Shown: positions 1 to 12,119 of the stretch, piece after piece | Layout: each line of letters begins with the position of its first letter | Position numbering within the stretch: the stretch's first letter is position 1 | Assembly (NCBI GenBank): GCA_963841915.1 | Contig: CAWJEN010000005.1 | Coordinates: 320,001 to 384,000, forward strand | DNA from: an uncultured Planctomycetota bacterium | Lineage (GTDB): Bacteria > Planctomycetota > Phycisphaerae > Tepidisphaerales > Tepidisphaeraceae | Direction: 5' to 3' | DNA length: 64,000 nt | Notes under the pieces: generated by a model | What the model was told of the DNA's origin: nothing | Seen by the model: only the letters and a program-made list of their open reading frames with translations | Databases searched by the model: none | Translations under genes and position numbers: made by a program

Positions 1-965
1 TACACGAGCGGATGGCCATAGAACCAGAACAGGTGCTGGTGCAACAGCGGCTGGCCGTCGCGGAGGGGGTTGAAGAAACCGGTGATGCCGTGCGCGTCGA
101 GCAGGTTCATGACCATCGCGATGACGATCACCGGGCCGGCCAGCAGCCCGACAGATGCAGCGCTGGCCCAGCCCCAGACGGCCAGCGGCAGCCGAGGACG
201 ACGCCGCGTCGCCACCGTGGCGACGAGCGATGCACCCGCCAAACAACCGGCAACCGCCCACATCCCGACAGCGGCGAACCATGCGGTTTGACCATCGAAG
301 GCAACACGCTCCAAACCGCGCAGTACGACACAACCCATCACCGGCGAGATCATCACAAGGCCGATGAACCGCATAGCGGTGTCACCTCGATCACCGATGA
401 TGACACGAAGAAGCTGCGCAACGAGCATCGTGGCTGTGGCCAACGTCGTCGCGAGCGCAAGTGGCGACCATCCCGACTGCACCTGATCGAAGCCCTCGCC
501 ACGCGACAGGCGCAGCCAGCTCAACGCGTCGTGCTTGTACGGGTACCACTTTGCCCCGACTTCGTAGCCGCTCGACAAGGGCGCATAGGCCGTCCAGCCG
601 GAGCCGGCCCAGCCGACGAGCAGGACGCTCGCTCCGAGCATCGTCAACCACCAACTGAACCATGCCACACCCGGCAGCGCCAGCGTTGTCCGGCACATCC
701 GAGGCACGACCGCCAAACCCAGGCCCCACGTGATCGCCGGGACGACGACCAGCCAGATCATGATCGTGCCGTGCAGCGTGAACGTCTTCGCGTAGGTGTC
801 GAGCGGCATCGCACCGCTTGGCCAGTCATGCAGCCACGACAGAATCGGCACGGGTGCGTCCGGCCACGCCAGCTTCCACCGCATGCCAAGCGCCAGCAAG
901 CCGCCGAAGCCGAACATGAAGCCGGCCAACACCAGGTAGGCGCGACCGACGCCGAGGCCCTTCAT
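1..965 (-). CDS. Heme-copper (cytochrome c) oxidase subunit I, divergent; 3' end runs off the window
   Basis: Not in the ORF track because it has no stop in the window. Manual translation from ATG 965 (ATGA overlap with the subunit II stop) is open to position 1: MKGLGVGRAYL..MRWKLAWP..TFTLHGTIMIW..GWTAYAPLS..PLLHQHLFWFYGHPLV(Y). Confidence 0.9.
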   Translation of the reverse strand, partial: MKGLGVGRAYLVLAGFMFGFGGLLALGMRWKLAWPDAPVPILSWLHDWPSGAMPLDTYAKTFTLHGTIMIWLVVVPAITWGLGLAVVPRMCRTTLALPGVAWFSWWLTMLGASVLLVGWAGSGWTAYAPLSSGYEVGAKWYPYKHDALSWLRLSRGEGFDQVQSGWSPLALATTLATATMLVAQLLRVIIGDRGDTAMRFIGLVMISPVMGCVVLRGLERVAFDGQTAWFAAVGMWAVAGCLAGASLVATVATRRRPRLPLAVWGWASAASVGLLAGPVIVIAMVMNLLDAHGITGFFNPLRDGQPLLHQHLFWFYGHPLV

Positions 966-1750
966 GGTGAAGCCTCGACAATCAGCTCGGCGACCATCGT
1001 CGTGTGCCCCCAGCCGCAGAACTCGGCACACAGGATCTGATACGTCCCCGGCGTCGTCGGCGTGAACCGCAACACGCCCTTCATGCCCGGCACGACGTCC
1101 ATCTTCGTCCGCATGGCAGGTACGAAGAAGTCGTGGATGACGTCTTTGCTCTGGAGTGTCACCTCGACCGGACGGCCGGCGGTGACGACAACGGAGCGGC
1201 TCAGGGCCGACTGGTAGACGTCGTCGCGGCCGAGCGGGTCGGCAAAGTCCTTGCCGATCGGGTCGACGACTTCGCGGTAACGGGCGATGGTGTCGTCGCG
1301 ACGGCCAGGTGGCAGGTCGATGGGCCCAGGGACGCCCGCAAAGGATTTGCCGTCGGGCCAGGTTTGATCGGTCGGTTGCGGCCAGACGAGGTAACTGCCG
1401 AGTTGGCCGTCCGGGCCGGGTTCGATGACGCTCCAGGCGAACTGTTCGCCGATGACGAGCACGCGTTGCACCTCAGCGTCGGCGTCGCCAAGGCGGCCGG
1501 CTTTGAGATCTTCCCACGCGTATTCGCTGATGATGAAGAGCCCGAGCAGGCCCAGTGCCGCGGCGACGGACCAGGCGACGGGCTTGCCGAATCGCGACCG
1601 CCTGCCGAGCCAGGCGACGAAGCCGCCGACGTGGACGATGACGAGGGCAACGCAGCAAACGGTGGCGAAGAGCCAGAGCAACGCATCGACCTCGCCGCCG
1701 CGTTTGGAGGCGGCCTCGGCGAGGTAGAGGGTCGTGGTCGAGGGCAGCAC
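962..1750 (-). CDS. Cytochrome c oxidase subunit II (CuA)
   Basis: Two N-terminal TM segments, GEQFAW, CuA motif DVIHDF...CAEFCGWGHTTM. Confidence 0.92.
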   Translation of the reverse strand: MLPSTTTLYLAEAASKRGGEVDALLWLFATVCCVALVIVHVGGFVAWLGRRSRFGKPVAWSVAAALGLLGLFIISEYAWEDLKAGRLGDADAEVQRVLVIGEQFAWSVIEPGPDGQLGSYLVWPQPTDQTWPDGKSFAGVPGPIDLPPGRRDDTIARYREVVDPIGKDFADPLGRDDVYQSALSRSVVVTAGRPVEVTLQSKDVIHDFFVPAMRTKMDVVPGMKGVLRFTPTTPGTYQILCAEFCGWGHTTMVAELIVEASP

Positions 1751-1816
1751 GCGTGCCCATTGATACGTTGCGGCGCGGCCCGGGTTGGGCGGCCTATTGC
1801 CACAGCGCGCAGCGGC

Positions 1817-2593
1817 CTAAGCCGAGCGACGACGCAGGGCGATCAGACTTGCCATGGCCAAGACACCTGCGACGGCCGGTTCAGGCACGCTTCTCGCCGC
1901 CAGGACGCTGGCGTTGTCGAAGCCGGCGTCGAGCCATGAACCGTCGACGAGGTGCCCGGTGGCGCGGAAGGTAAAGTGCGTTGCCGTGTCGGGAATGGTC
2001 AGGACGGTCGAGATGTTGTCGCTCGACGTCGTCGGCACGGCACCACTCATGGCGATGTCGTCGACGCTGAGCGTCTGCAGGATGCCGCCGAGGTCGACGA
2101 GCCATTCGATTTCGACATCGAGCCGGTCGAAGAACGAGAACGCGTCGAGCGAAACCTTCACCTGCGGGGCGATGTCTGCCGGTAAGGCGGCGGTCTGCTG
2201 CAGGACGCTGGTCGTGCCCTTGTCCCATGAGCCGCTGGTGAGTGCGGTGGCAAAGGCGTCGTTGGTCCTACCCAGGCCCCCCTGACCGACGGGGTTGGTG
2301 CGGACTTGCCACTGCGGACCAGCGGTGGCGGGCGAGTTCCAGTACTGCGTATCACCCGTGTCGAAGGTGCCGTTGATGAGCAGCTCGTGGTACTCCCATG
2401 AAGGCTCGACTGGTGGCTGCGGGGTGTCGGGTTGGTCGACGGGTGGCTCGTCGGGGCCGTCGTTGTTACCGAAGGGGTCACCGTCGCCTCCACCGCCGAT
2501 GACGATGGCAGCCGAGGATGTTGCCGCGGCGACGCCGAAGGCGACGGTGGCCAATGCCGTCAGAGCGGCCAGGGGTGCAAGTTCTCGCTTCAC
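1817..2593 (-). CDS. PEP-CTERM sorting domain protein
   Basis: Signal peptide; C-terminus VPEPAVAGVLAMASLIALRRRSA. Confidence 0.88.
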   Translation of the reverse strand: MKRELAPLAALTALATVAFGVAAATSSAAIVIGGGGDGDPFGNNDGPDEPPVDQPDTPQPPVEPSWEYHELLINGTFDTGDTQYWNSPATAGPQWQVRTNPVGQGGLGRTNDAFATALTSGSWDKGTTSVLQQTAALPADIAPQVKVSLDAFSFFDRLDVEIEWLVDLGGILQTLSVDDIAMSGAVPTTSSDNISTVLTIPDTATHFTFRATGHLVDGSWLDAGFDNASVLAARSVPEPAVAGVLAMASLIALRRRSA

Positions 2594-2702
2594 CCCTTTG
2601 ACATGCCATCTCCGTCGTCATCAGGCAAGGTGATCACACCATTTCGTCGCCCGGGCCCTTTCGATTCTTCAGCGACTGCGATTTTACGTCGATGGTGTCT
2701 AT

Positions 2703-5633
<2,931 letters not shown>

Positions 5634-5686
5634 GCTCCGGCGACGACCGGTGGCGTCAGAACCCGACTAGCGTCGACACGTCTCTC

Positions 5687-6421
5687 ATGAACTTCACGCA
5701 GCTACGCAGCAAAGCCAAACTCTGGAGTGTCTCGACGTGGCTCATCGGCGCGTGCGTCGTCGTCTTTGTCCTCCAGAGCATCTCGCCGATGGTCACCAGA
5801 GCGGGCGCGCTCACCATCGGTGACGGCATCGCCGGTGGGCAGATCTGGCGACTGATCACGTTCCAGTTCCTCCACGGCGGATTGCTTCACCTGGCCTTCA
5901 ACTGCTACGGCTTGTTCCTCTTCGGCCAGATGGCCGAACGCAAGATCGGCCGCGCCAGGTTCCTCGCCTACTACCTGCTGTGCGGCATCGGTGGCGGGCT
6001 CGGCTTCGTGCTGCTGTGGGCCAGCGGCATCGTCGACGCCACACAGCAAACGCCGCTCGTCGGTGCGTCGGCGGGCCTCTTCGGCTGCATTGCAGCGGCC
6101 ATGACGCTTGTGCCCAATCGCATCCTGCAACTCGCCCTGCCACCGATCGACATCACGATCTTCCGCTTCGGTGCCGTCTACCTCGTCCTGGCTGCCTTCA
6201 TCGTCATCTTTCACGGCGACACGACCGGCAGCAACGCGGGTGGCGAAGCGGCACACCTCGGCGGTGCGGCCGTCGGTTTCCTGCTGGCTCGACACCTCGG
6301 CTGGCTGTCGTGGGTCGACCGATTCGTGCCCCGCCAACTCCGCTCGCCCGGTCAACGCCAAGGCGGCAGCACGTCAGACGTCAAGACGCCCAAGTTCATG
6401 AAATATCACGGCTGGCGATAA
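5687..6421 (+). CDS. Rhomboid family intramembrane serine protease
   Basis: WRLITFQFLHG, HLAFN, GASAG, AHLGG; start set at ATG 5687. Confidence 0.9.
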   Translation: MNFTQLRSKAKLWSVSTWLIGACVVVFVLQSISPMVTRAGALTIGDGIAGGQIWRLITFQFLHGGLLHLAFNCYGLFLFGQMAERKIGRARFLAYYLLCGIGGGLGFVLLWASGIVDATQQTPLVGASAGLFGCIAAAMTLVPNRILQLALPPIDITIFRFGAVYLVLAAFIVIFHGDTTGSNAGGEAAHLGGAAVGFLLARHLGWLSWVDRFVPRQLRSPGQRQGGSTSDVKTPKFMKYHGWR

Positions 6422-6436
6422 ACGCCGGTACCTGCG

Positions 6437-9370
6437 TCATTCCGCAGGTGGTCGCTCGGCGAGGAGCTGCAGCGTGGCCTTGGCCATGCGTCGCACCGTC
6501 GCATCCTCGTCATCGACGAGCGGTTGCGTCATCGCCTCGGCCGCTTCATTGATGAACGCGCCCGTGCCCAGCAACCCGATCAGCCGCACCGCCGGGTCGG
6601 GAGCGACCAGCAGGCGACGCATAAGCGGTTCACGCTGTTCGGCCGGCGCGACGATGGCTGCGTTGTACGTCAGCCACGCAGCGGCGACGGCGCTTTCGCC
6701 GACAGAGCCAGTTTCTGCCGTAAACGCCGCCCGTTGCAGCGATTCGTTCATCTCACCGCCGAGCTGCTGCCACGCCTGCATGCGGTCGGCGGCGGCGTTT
6801 TGCTGCTGTAGCGACTGCAAGTGTCCGCCGAGCCAGCGCAGCTGCGCGACGGTCGCGTCTGCCGACCTGACCTGCTGTAAGGGTGTGCCGTCGCGAAGCT
6901 GCGTGAGTCGCTGCTGCAACCCTTCCCGAAGACTCACGTCGCTGATGTCCAGCGGCATGCCACGACGATCCATGACACGCGTGAACGGCACCGCCTGCCC
7001 GGCGGCGCTGACGGCGTACGCCTCTGTCAATTGGCCCTCTTCGTTCGGGTTCGGCACGAGCGCCGTCGTCGGATTGGTAACGGCCTCGCCGAAGACGGTG
7101 AGCGACAAATGCGGATTTCCGGCCAGTATCGCGTTGAGTCGTGGCCCGTCGACGCGGATCGTCTGTTCGAGGCGTTCGCTCGGGTTCAGCACGGTGCGGC
7201 CGGCCCACCGGTCCGTAGCCGCCGACGGGACACGTTCCTGAATGATGCCACGAACCTGACTGTCGATACGAATGTTGCTCGACAGCACGCCACCCGGCCC
7301 GACGGTGATGGGGTCACTGCCGACGTTGCGGATGGTGATGATGGCCTCGAGCGGCTCGCCGTACGCGTGACCGACCTTCGCCGGCCGGGCCGCCAGCGTG
7401 TAGAAGGACCGCGCCTTGGACGGGTCGATGAGGTCGAGCAGCCGCTCCGGAAATTGCGAGAGCGCCTCACTCACCTGCGCCGCCTCCTCGGCACCGGGGC
7501 TCAGGCGCACGCCGTCGTCGACAAAGGCATCAGCGATGGTCGCCCCGACCACGCCGCTGGGGTTCTCACGCAGCAGTGCAGTCGCGTCGGCGGCAACGTC
7601 TTGGCCCTCCTGCTTGCGGATCAGCAAAACGCCCAGTTTCGCCAGCGGGTCGATGTCTGCGATGGCTTCGAGTTTTTCGCGGGCCGTCTTCAGATCGCCT
7701 TGGCGGAAGGCTTGCCAGCCGTTGAGCCGGGCCGGCAGCGACGACCGTTCACCGGCGAGCTTCTCGATAGCATCGAGAATGGCCGCGTCCGTCGGCTGCC
7801 CGCTCAGGTACAAGTCCATCCAAGCCCGCGACGTCAGTGTCGTGACGATCGGCCGCCGTGTGACAGGATTGTCCGTCGCCACCGCGACGAGCGCGTTCAT
7901 GTCTGGTAGCTCGACATTGCCTGCCTCGACGGACGTGGCAAGCTCCTTGACAGCGGCGTCGAGCGTTTCGGCTGTCATGTCAGCCTTCACCACGCTTAGC
8001 AGGCGCAGCGACGTGTTGGACGCCGACACAAGATCACTGAGCTGCGCCTCGAGCGACGTGAGCCGCTTGAGGCCAAGCGCCGCCACGAGTGGCGAGGTCA
8101 CGGCTGCGTCGTAGTTCGCGTCGTCGAATCGGTTGGTCCGAACCGCCTGCTGCGTGACGGCTGTCGCGCCCTGCGTCATCGGGGTCAGGAGCTGCGACGC
8201 CTCCCGCGGCCGGTTGTCGATGAGCAAGGCAGCCGTCTGATCGACGAGCTGGGCGACGGGTGGCTGCGTGCCGGTGGCGGCGTAGGCGCGGCTGGCGGCC
8301 TGGAAGTAGGTGCCGGCCTCGTCAACAAGGCCAACCGCCGCCAGTTCCCCGGCCAGGGCGGCCAGCGCTTCCGGCTGCACGACATTGGCCCGCAGCAACG
8401 CGACCAGCGAGGCCACCCGCTCCGGCCGCGACGCGTCGGTCGACAGCTTGCGGAAGTAGTCGAGCCGAAGCGCCGTCGGGTTGAACGGGTCGAGTTCCTT
8501 GGCCCGGTCGATCCGCTCGTCGGCGAAAGCGTCTTCGAGCCGCTCGCGGAGCATGACCGCCGACGACAAGGCGGCGTGGGCACGCACCTCGTCCGGCAGG
8601 GAGTCGGTCTCGACGAGGCGGCCGAAGTAATCGAGCCGCTCGTCAACGCTTTGTAGCGTCTCGGCAGACAAATCAACGTAGCGGATCTGCGCCAGCCGAT
8701 CATCGGGCTCGAGACGGCGGTAGTGGTCAAGGGCCTCGATGGCCGAGTCGATGCCGGTGACGGCGAGCCGGGCTTCGACGAGCTGCCGGGCGAGCCGGGC
8801 GTCTCGGGGGGCGAGTCGAACAGCGAGCGTTGCGACGGCCTCTGCCTGACGAGCGGCGGCCGGTGACACCGCCGGCTGCGAGAGCGTGCCGGCGGCAAAC
8901 TGAGCTAGGGCGGCGGCGACGGAACCCGTCGCGTCGGTGCCCGGTGACAAATTGGACAAGTCGCCGAAGTCACTCGGGGCCGGTTCAAGATCGGCAGGAT
9001 CGACCGGCTCGGTCGTCGGCTGCGTCGCCGGCACGTCGGGGGACTCGACAACCTGGGTCGGTGGCGGAACGTTCGTCGGCAGGTCCGAAGGCTGGGTCGT
9101 CGTGGCGACCGACGGCTGCGACGCGACCGGTTGTGTGGCCGCGTCGGGTGCGTCGGGCATCGTCGGCAGGTCGAGCTCGCCGAGCTGCGTCGCCGGCGCT
9201 GGCGAAGGCGTGGTGGTCGGCGTGGCCGGTAGCGTGGCGGGTTCGACCGGCCGATCGGCGGGCGGTGGTGAGCCGTCACCGCCACATCCGGCGACGAGAC
9301 CGGCCGCAGTCACGGCGGCGGCGAGGAACAGGCGGCGGTGCGGCAACGTCACGGGGCGGCAAACAGTCAC
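6437..9370 (-). CDS. Large predicted lipoprotein with Pro/Thr-rich linker and alpha-helical (TPR/HEAT-like) repeats; function unknown
   Basis: 977-aa ORF; lipobox LVAGC after RR-hydrophobic signal; ATQP/TTQP linker; helical repeats. Confidence 0.75.
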   Translation of the reverse strand: MTVCRPVTLPHRRLFLAAAVTAAGLVAGCGGDGSPPPADRPVEPATLPATPTTTPSPAPATQLGELDLPTMPDAPDAATQPVASQPSVATTTQPSDLPTNVPPPTQVVESPDVPATQPTTEPVDPADLEPAPSDFGDLSNLSPGTDATGSVAAALAQFAAGTLSQPAVSPAAARQAEAVATLAVRLAPRDARLARQLVEARLAVTGIDSAIEALDHYRRLEPDDRLAQIRYVDLSAETLQSVDERLDYFGRLVETDSLPDEVRAHAALSSAVMLRERLEDAFADERIDRAKELDPFNPTALRLDYFRKLSTDASRPERVASLVALLRANVVQPEALAALAGELAAVGLVDEAGTYFQAASRAYAATGTQPPVAQLVDQTAALLIDNRPREASQLLTPMTQGATAVTQQAVRTNRFDDANYDAAVTSPLVAALGLKRLTSLEAQLSDLVSASNTSLRLLSVVKADMTAETLDAAVKELATSVEAGNVELPDMNALVAVATDNPVTRRPIVTTLTSRAWMDLYLSGQPTDAAILDAIEKLAGERSSLPARLNGWQAFRQGDLKTAREKLEAIADIDPLAKLGVLLIRKQEGQDVAADATALLRENPSGVVGATIADAFVDDGVRLSPGAEEAAQVSEALSQFPERLLDLIDPSKARSFYTLAARPAKVGHAYGEPLEAIITIRNVGSDPITVGPGGVLSSNIRIDSQVRGIIQERVPSAATDRWAGRTVLNPSERLEQTIRVDGPRLNAILAGNPHLSLTVFGEAVTNPTTALVPNPNEEGQLTEAYAVSAAGQAVPFTRVMDRRGMPLDISDVSLREGLQQRLTQLRDGTPLQQVRSADATVAQLRWLGGHLQSLQQQNAAADRMQAWQQLGGEMNESLQRAAFTAETGSVGESAVAAAWLTYNAAIVAPAEQREPLMRRLLVAPDPAVRLIGLLGTGAFINEAAEAMTQPLVDDEDATVRRMAKATLQLLAERPPAE

Positions 9371-9575
9371 GGCGGCAGCTTACCGCGGCTATGCGACGTT
9401 GCGAATCGACGACACCTCCACACGCCAAAGGCGGCCGCCGCGGCGCACATGCAAATCGTCCGCAATGTGCCCAAACCCGCACGACACAGGGTCAAAAGCT
9501 GCTGCAAAAACTTCCGTGAGGCGATCGTTTCACCCACGGCCACAAACGACCCGCCGACGCACTGCCGCGGCCGAA

Positions 9576-9591
9576 TGTTCCACGTGGAACA
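9576..9591. promoter_or_regulatory. parS site (ParB-binding palindrome)
   Basis: Perfect 16-bp palindrome TGTTCCACGTGGAACA, extending to 20 bp (AATG..CATT); intergenic. Confidence 0.88.
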
Positions 9592-9633
9592 TTGGCCAAC
9601 CCTCCGCCGAGCCTCTGGCGAGGGTCAAAGCTG

Positions 9634-9649
9634 TGTTCCACGTGGAACA
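9634..9649. promoter_or_regulatory. parS site (second copy)
   Basis: Identical TGTTCCACGTGGAACA starting 58 bp after the first. Confidence 0.88.
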
Positions 9650-9714
9650 TCAGCTCCAAACAGCTCGGCGGCCGCGGTCGATGCCCGTTTGGCCGCCGCG
9701 GCGCAGCGCATGAA

Positions 9715-10020
9715 TCACCAGGCCGACGCCGCCAATAGTCCTGCGGCAACGCCTGAGATGACGGCGAAGAGTCCGTTGACGACGCCGTAAATGGCCTCTG
9801 CTTTACCGGGGCGGAAGAACATGGGGATGGACCCGAACGCGAGCGTCGCCTGAGCCAGCGTGATGCTCGCAACGCCTGCCAATCGCACGGATCGTTCTGC
9901 GGCGACGGGCTGCCTGGCCTGCTGTGCCCAGACACCGCCGCTTTGCCAGAGATAAAGCGCAAGCATGACGAGCCCGACGGCCAGCATCATGGCCGTGGTG
10001 CCGACGAGGAACCGCCTCAT
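9715..10020 (-). CDS. Small membrane protein (about 3 TM), hypothetical
   Basis: MRRFLVGTTAMMLAVG...; ATGA overlap with upstream stop at 10017-10020. Confidence 0.65.
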   Translation of the reverse strand: MRRFLVGTTAMMLAVGLVMLALYLWQSGGVWAQQARQPVAAERSVRLAGVASITLAQATLAFGSIPMFFRPGKAEAIYGVVNGLFAVISGVAAGLLAASAW

Positions 10021-10886
10021 GCCACCCGCTCCAGCAGGCCGGCCAAGCGTCCCGCCAAGGCTGGCTCGTCGGCTTCGATGGCATCGACATCGCCCAGCAA
10101 GCGGACGCGGTGAGCCAGGAACGATGCCCACGCCTCGTCACCCGCTTCGTCGACCGCCCGGAGCAGCAACGCCGTCGACCGCACCATGTCGGCAGATGGC
10201 ATCAGCTCCACCATCGGCAGCGACGACGCCAGCCGGCTGTAGATCGCCTGCCATTGATCCAACGCCGCCTCGACGCGAAGCTGCAGGTAGAGCAACCGAA
10301 GCGCGTCGGCCAACGCAAGCCGCTCGTCACCCGAAGCCGGCTGGTACAGCGGCAACAGGGCAAGCCGTGCCTGCTCGGCGTTGCCGAGGCTGATCAACGA
10401 ATCGGCGAGCAGCAGGCGAAGCCCGCGCTTCTCACCAGTGAGCGCTTTTTCAGGGCGATCAAGCACAAATGCAGCCAATCTCGCCGCGTCATCGTGGCGG
10501 CCTTGCGAAGCGCGAACGCGTGCCAACACGGCTGCGGCGCCGAGCGTCACAGGTCGCAACAGACAGAACGAGTCGAGCGTCTCCCGCGCACGCCCTTCGG
10601 CAAGATCAGCCCGGCCGACGCTGGCAAGGGCCGAGGCTTCGCGGACACGCCTGCCCAGCTTGGCCGCCGAGACACCGAGAAAGACCCACACGACCGCCGC
10701 GGCGATGCCGGCGAAGCCCAGCACGTCGCCAAACCGCTCGACACCAAGGAAAGGCGGCAAAAACAGCGAACTGACGACCAGCATCGCAAGCGACACCGCT
10801 GCGACACGAGCCGTGAGCAGGCGACCCGTCGCCGACCGGACGAGCTTGGCAGCATCGTCGAACGTCTCAGGCGTCGCGGCGGTCAT
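10017..10886 (-). CDS. Membrane protein, 2 TM plus TPR-like helical domain
   Basis: Two hydrophobic segments then LARVRASQGRHDDAA TPR-like repeat; ATGA-coupled on both sides. Confidence 0.7.
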   Translation of the reverse strand: MTAATPETFDDAAKLVRSATGRLLTARVAAVSLAMLVVSSLFLPPFLGVERFGDVLGFAGIAAAVVWVFLGVSAAKLGRRVREASALASVGRADLAEGRARETLDSFCLLRPVTLGAAAVLARVRASQGRHDDAARLAAFVLDRPEKALTGEKRGLRLLLADSLISLGNAEQARLALLPLYQPASGDERLALADALRLLYLQLRVEAALDQWQAIYSRLASSLPMVELMPSADMVRSTALLLRAVDEAGDEAWASFLAHRVRLLGDVDAIEADEPALAGRLAGLLERVA

Positions 10887-11953
10887 GCGGCCCCCGTCGT
10901 CGGCTGATGCGTCGTCTCGTACAGCTGTTCCACGTGGGACAATTCCGGGAACCGACGCAGCAGCTCAGCTGCCTCGCCGAGTGCTGTGGCGTCATGCCAG
11001 AACGTGCGGGCGTCGTCGGTGCGACCGAGCCGCTCGCTGGCCAAAGCTGCCATCGCCAGGACGTCGCCGAAGCGAAGGCCGAGCTGCTTGCGGAAGCTGT
11101 CGCGGTGCGTCTCGAAGAGCTCGATCGCCTCGTCGTGGTGGTTCGTCTGCACGTCGCGATACAGCTCGGCAAACAGCAGCGCCGCCGGCTCCAGGTCGGC
11201 TGTTGCCGGTGACACAGGCTTGGCCGACGGGGCATCGTCGGCATCGAGCAGGGCCTCGGCAGGCAGGTCGATCGAGTCTTCTTCGACCGTTTCTTCCTCA
11301 CCGGCGTCGCGTTGACGGTTGGCGCGGGTGACGGCATGCTGGACTTGGCGGACCTCGCGACGCAGCCCGGCAATGGCGTCGTTGGCGTCGCCGAGCCTGC
11401 CACCCTGAAGCAGCAACAGTGCCCGGCCGCACCCGACGGAAAAGCGGGTCGAGGCGTCGGTGCGGCTGTCGTTGAGCACCTCGTCGGCGACGTCGATGGC
11501 CTCGTCGTGCCGGCCGTAGCGGGCAAGGGTTTTGGCGAGCGCGACCAAGGCCGGCCTCCGATTGACATCCAGCCGCATCGGGCGATCCATGAGCGCCTTC
11601 AGCGACGTCACAGCCTCAGGCCAACGCCGCAGCGTTACCAACTCGTCAGCGTCCCGCACCCGCTTTCGCTCATCACGAGCAGCACCGGCCATACGGGCGA
11701 CCGTGATCGTGCAGGCGATGCTCGCCAGCAGCAGACCAACGGCCAATGGCGTGCCGAACTTGACGGGAAGGAACGTTGCACACAAAAGCGACCCGGCCAG
11801 CGCGAGCATGCCCAAGGGTGGCAGTAGAAACAACGGCCCTCGCGGCTCGGGCCGGCTGACATCCAGCAGGGTCGCCACGTTGAGTGGTGAAGATTCGGGT
11901 GGAGGGCTCGACATGCGGACGGCGTGGTCCATGCTACACAAGCCACCGGCCAA
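10883..11953 (-). CDS. Membrane protein, 2 TM plus TPR-like helical domain (start may be 11914-11932)
   Basis: Two TM segments then LAKTLARYGRHDEAI TPR-like repeats. Confidence 0.7.
   Translation of the reverse strand: MAGGLCSMDHAVRMSSPPPESSPLNVATLLDVSRPEPRGPLFLLPPLGMLALAGSLLCATFLPVKFGTPLAVGLLLASIACTITVARMAGAARDERKRVRDADELVTLRRWPEAVTSLKALMDRPMRLDVNRRPALVALAKTLARYGRHDEAIDVADEVLNDSRTDASTRFSVGCGRALLLLQGGRLGDANDAIAGLRREVRQVQHAVTRANRQRDAGEEETVEEDSIDLPAEALLDADDAPSAKPVSPATADLEPAALLFAELYRDVQTNHHDEAIELFETHRDSFRKQLGLRFGDVLAMAALASERLGRTDDARTFWHDATALGEAAELLRRFPELSHVEQLYETTHQPTTGAA
10926..10941. promoter_or_regulatory. parS-like site (1 mismatch) inside a CDS
   Basis: TGTTCCACGTGGGACA, 15/16 match to the two intergenic copies. 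Confidence 0.7.
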
Positions 11954-12119
11954 ACCCGACAGGCGACGAAGGGCCGTTGTTGCGACGGTTTTAGACGCCG
12001 GGCCTTGCTTCCGCTAAGCTGCGACCGAACCCACTGCCCGGTCCGACGTTACCGCGTCGGTCACCGCGCCCGAGCACAGAAGATACCAAAGCGCAACACG
12101 CACCAGCAGGAGCACGCAC

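Noticed and set aside
12..1040. 342-aa + strand ORF
   Set aside because: Antisense shadow of oxidase subunit I; no recognisable motifs
9576..9649. Two identical palindromes 58 bp apart as a mini CRISPR array
   Set aside because: Only two 16-bp units, no cas genes, and the sequence matches the parS consensus
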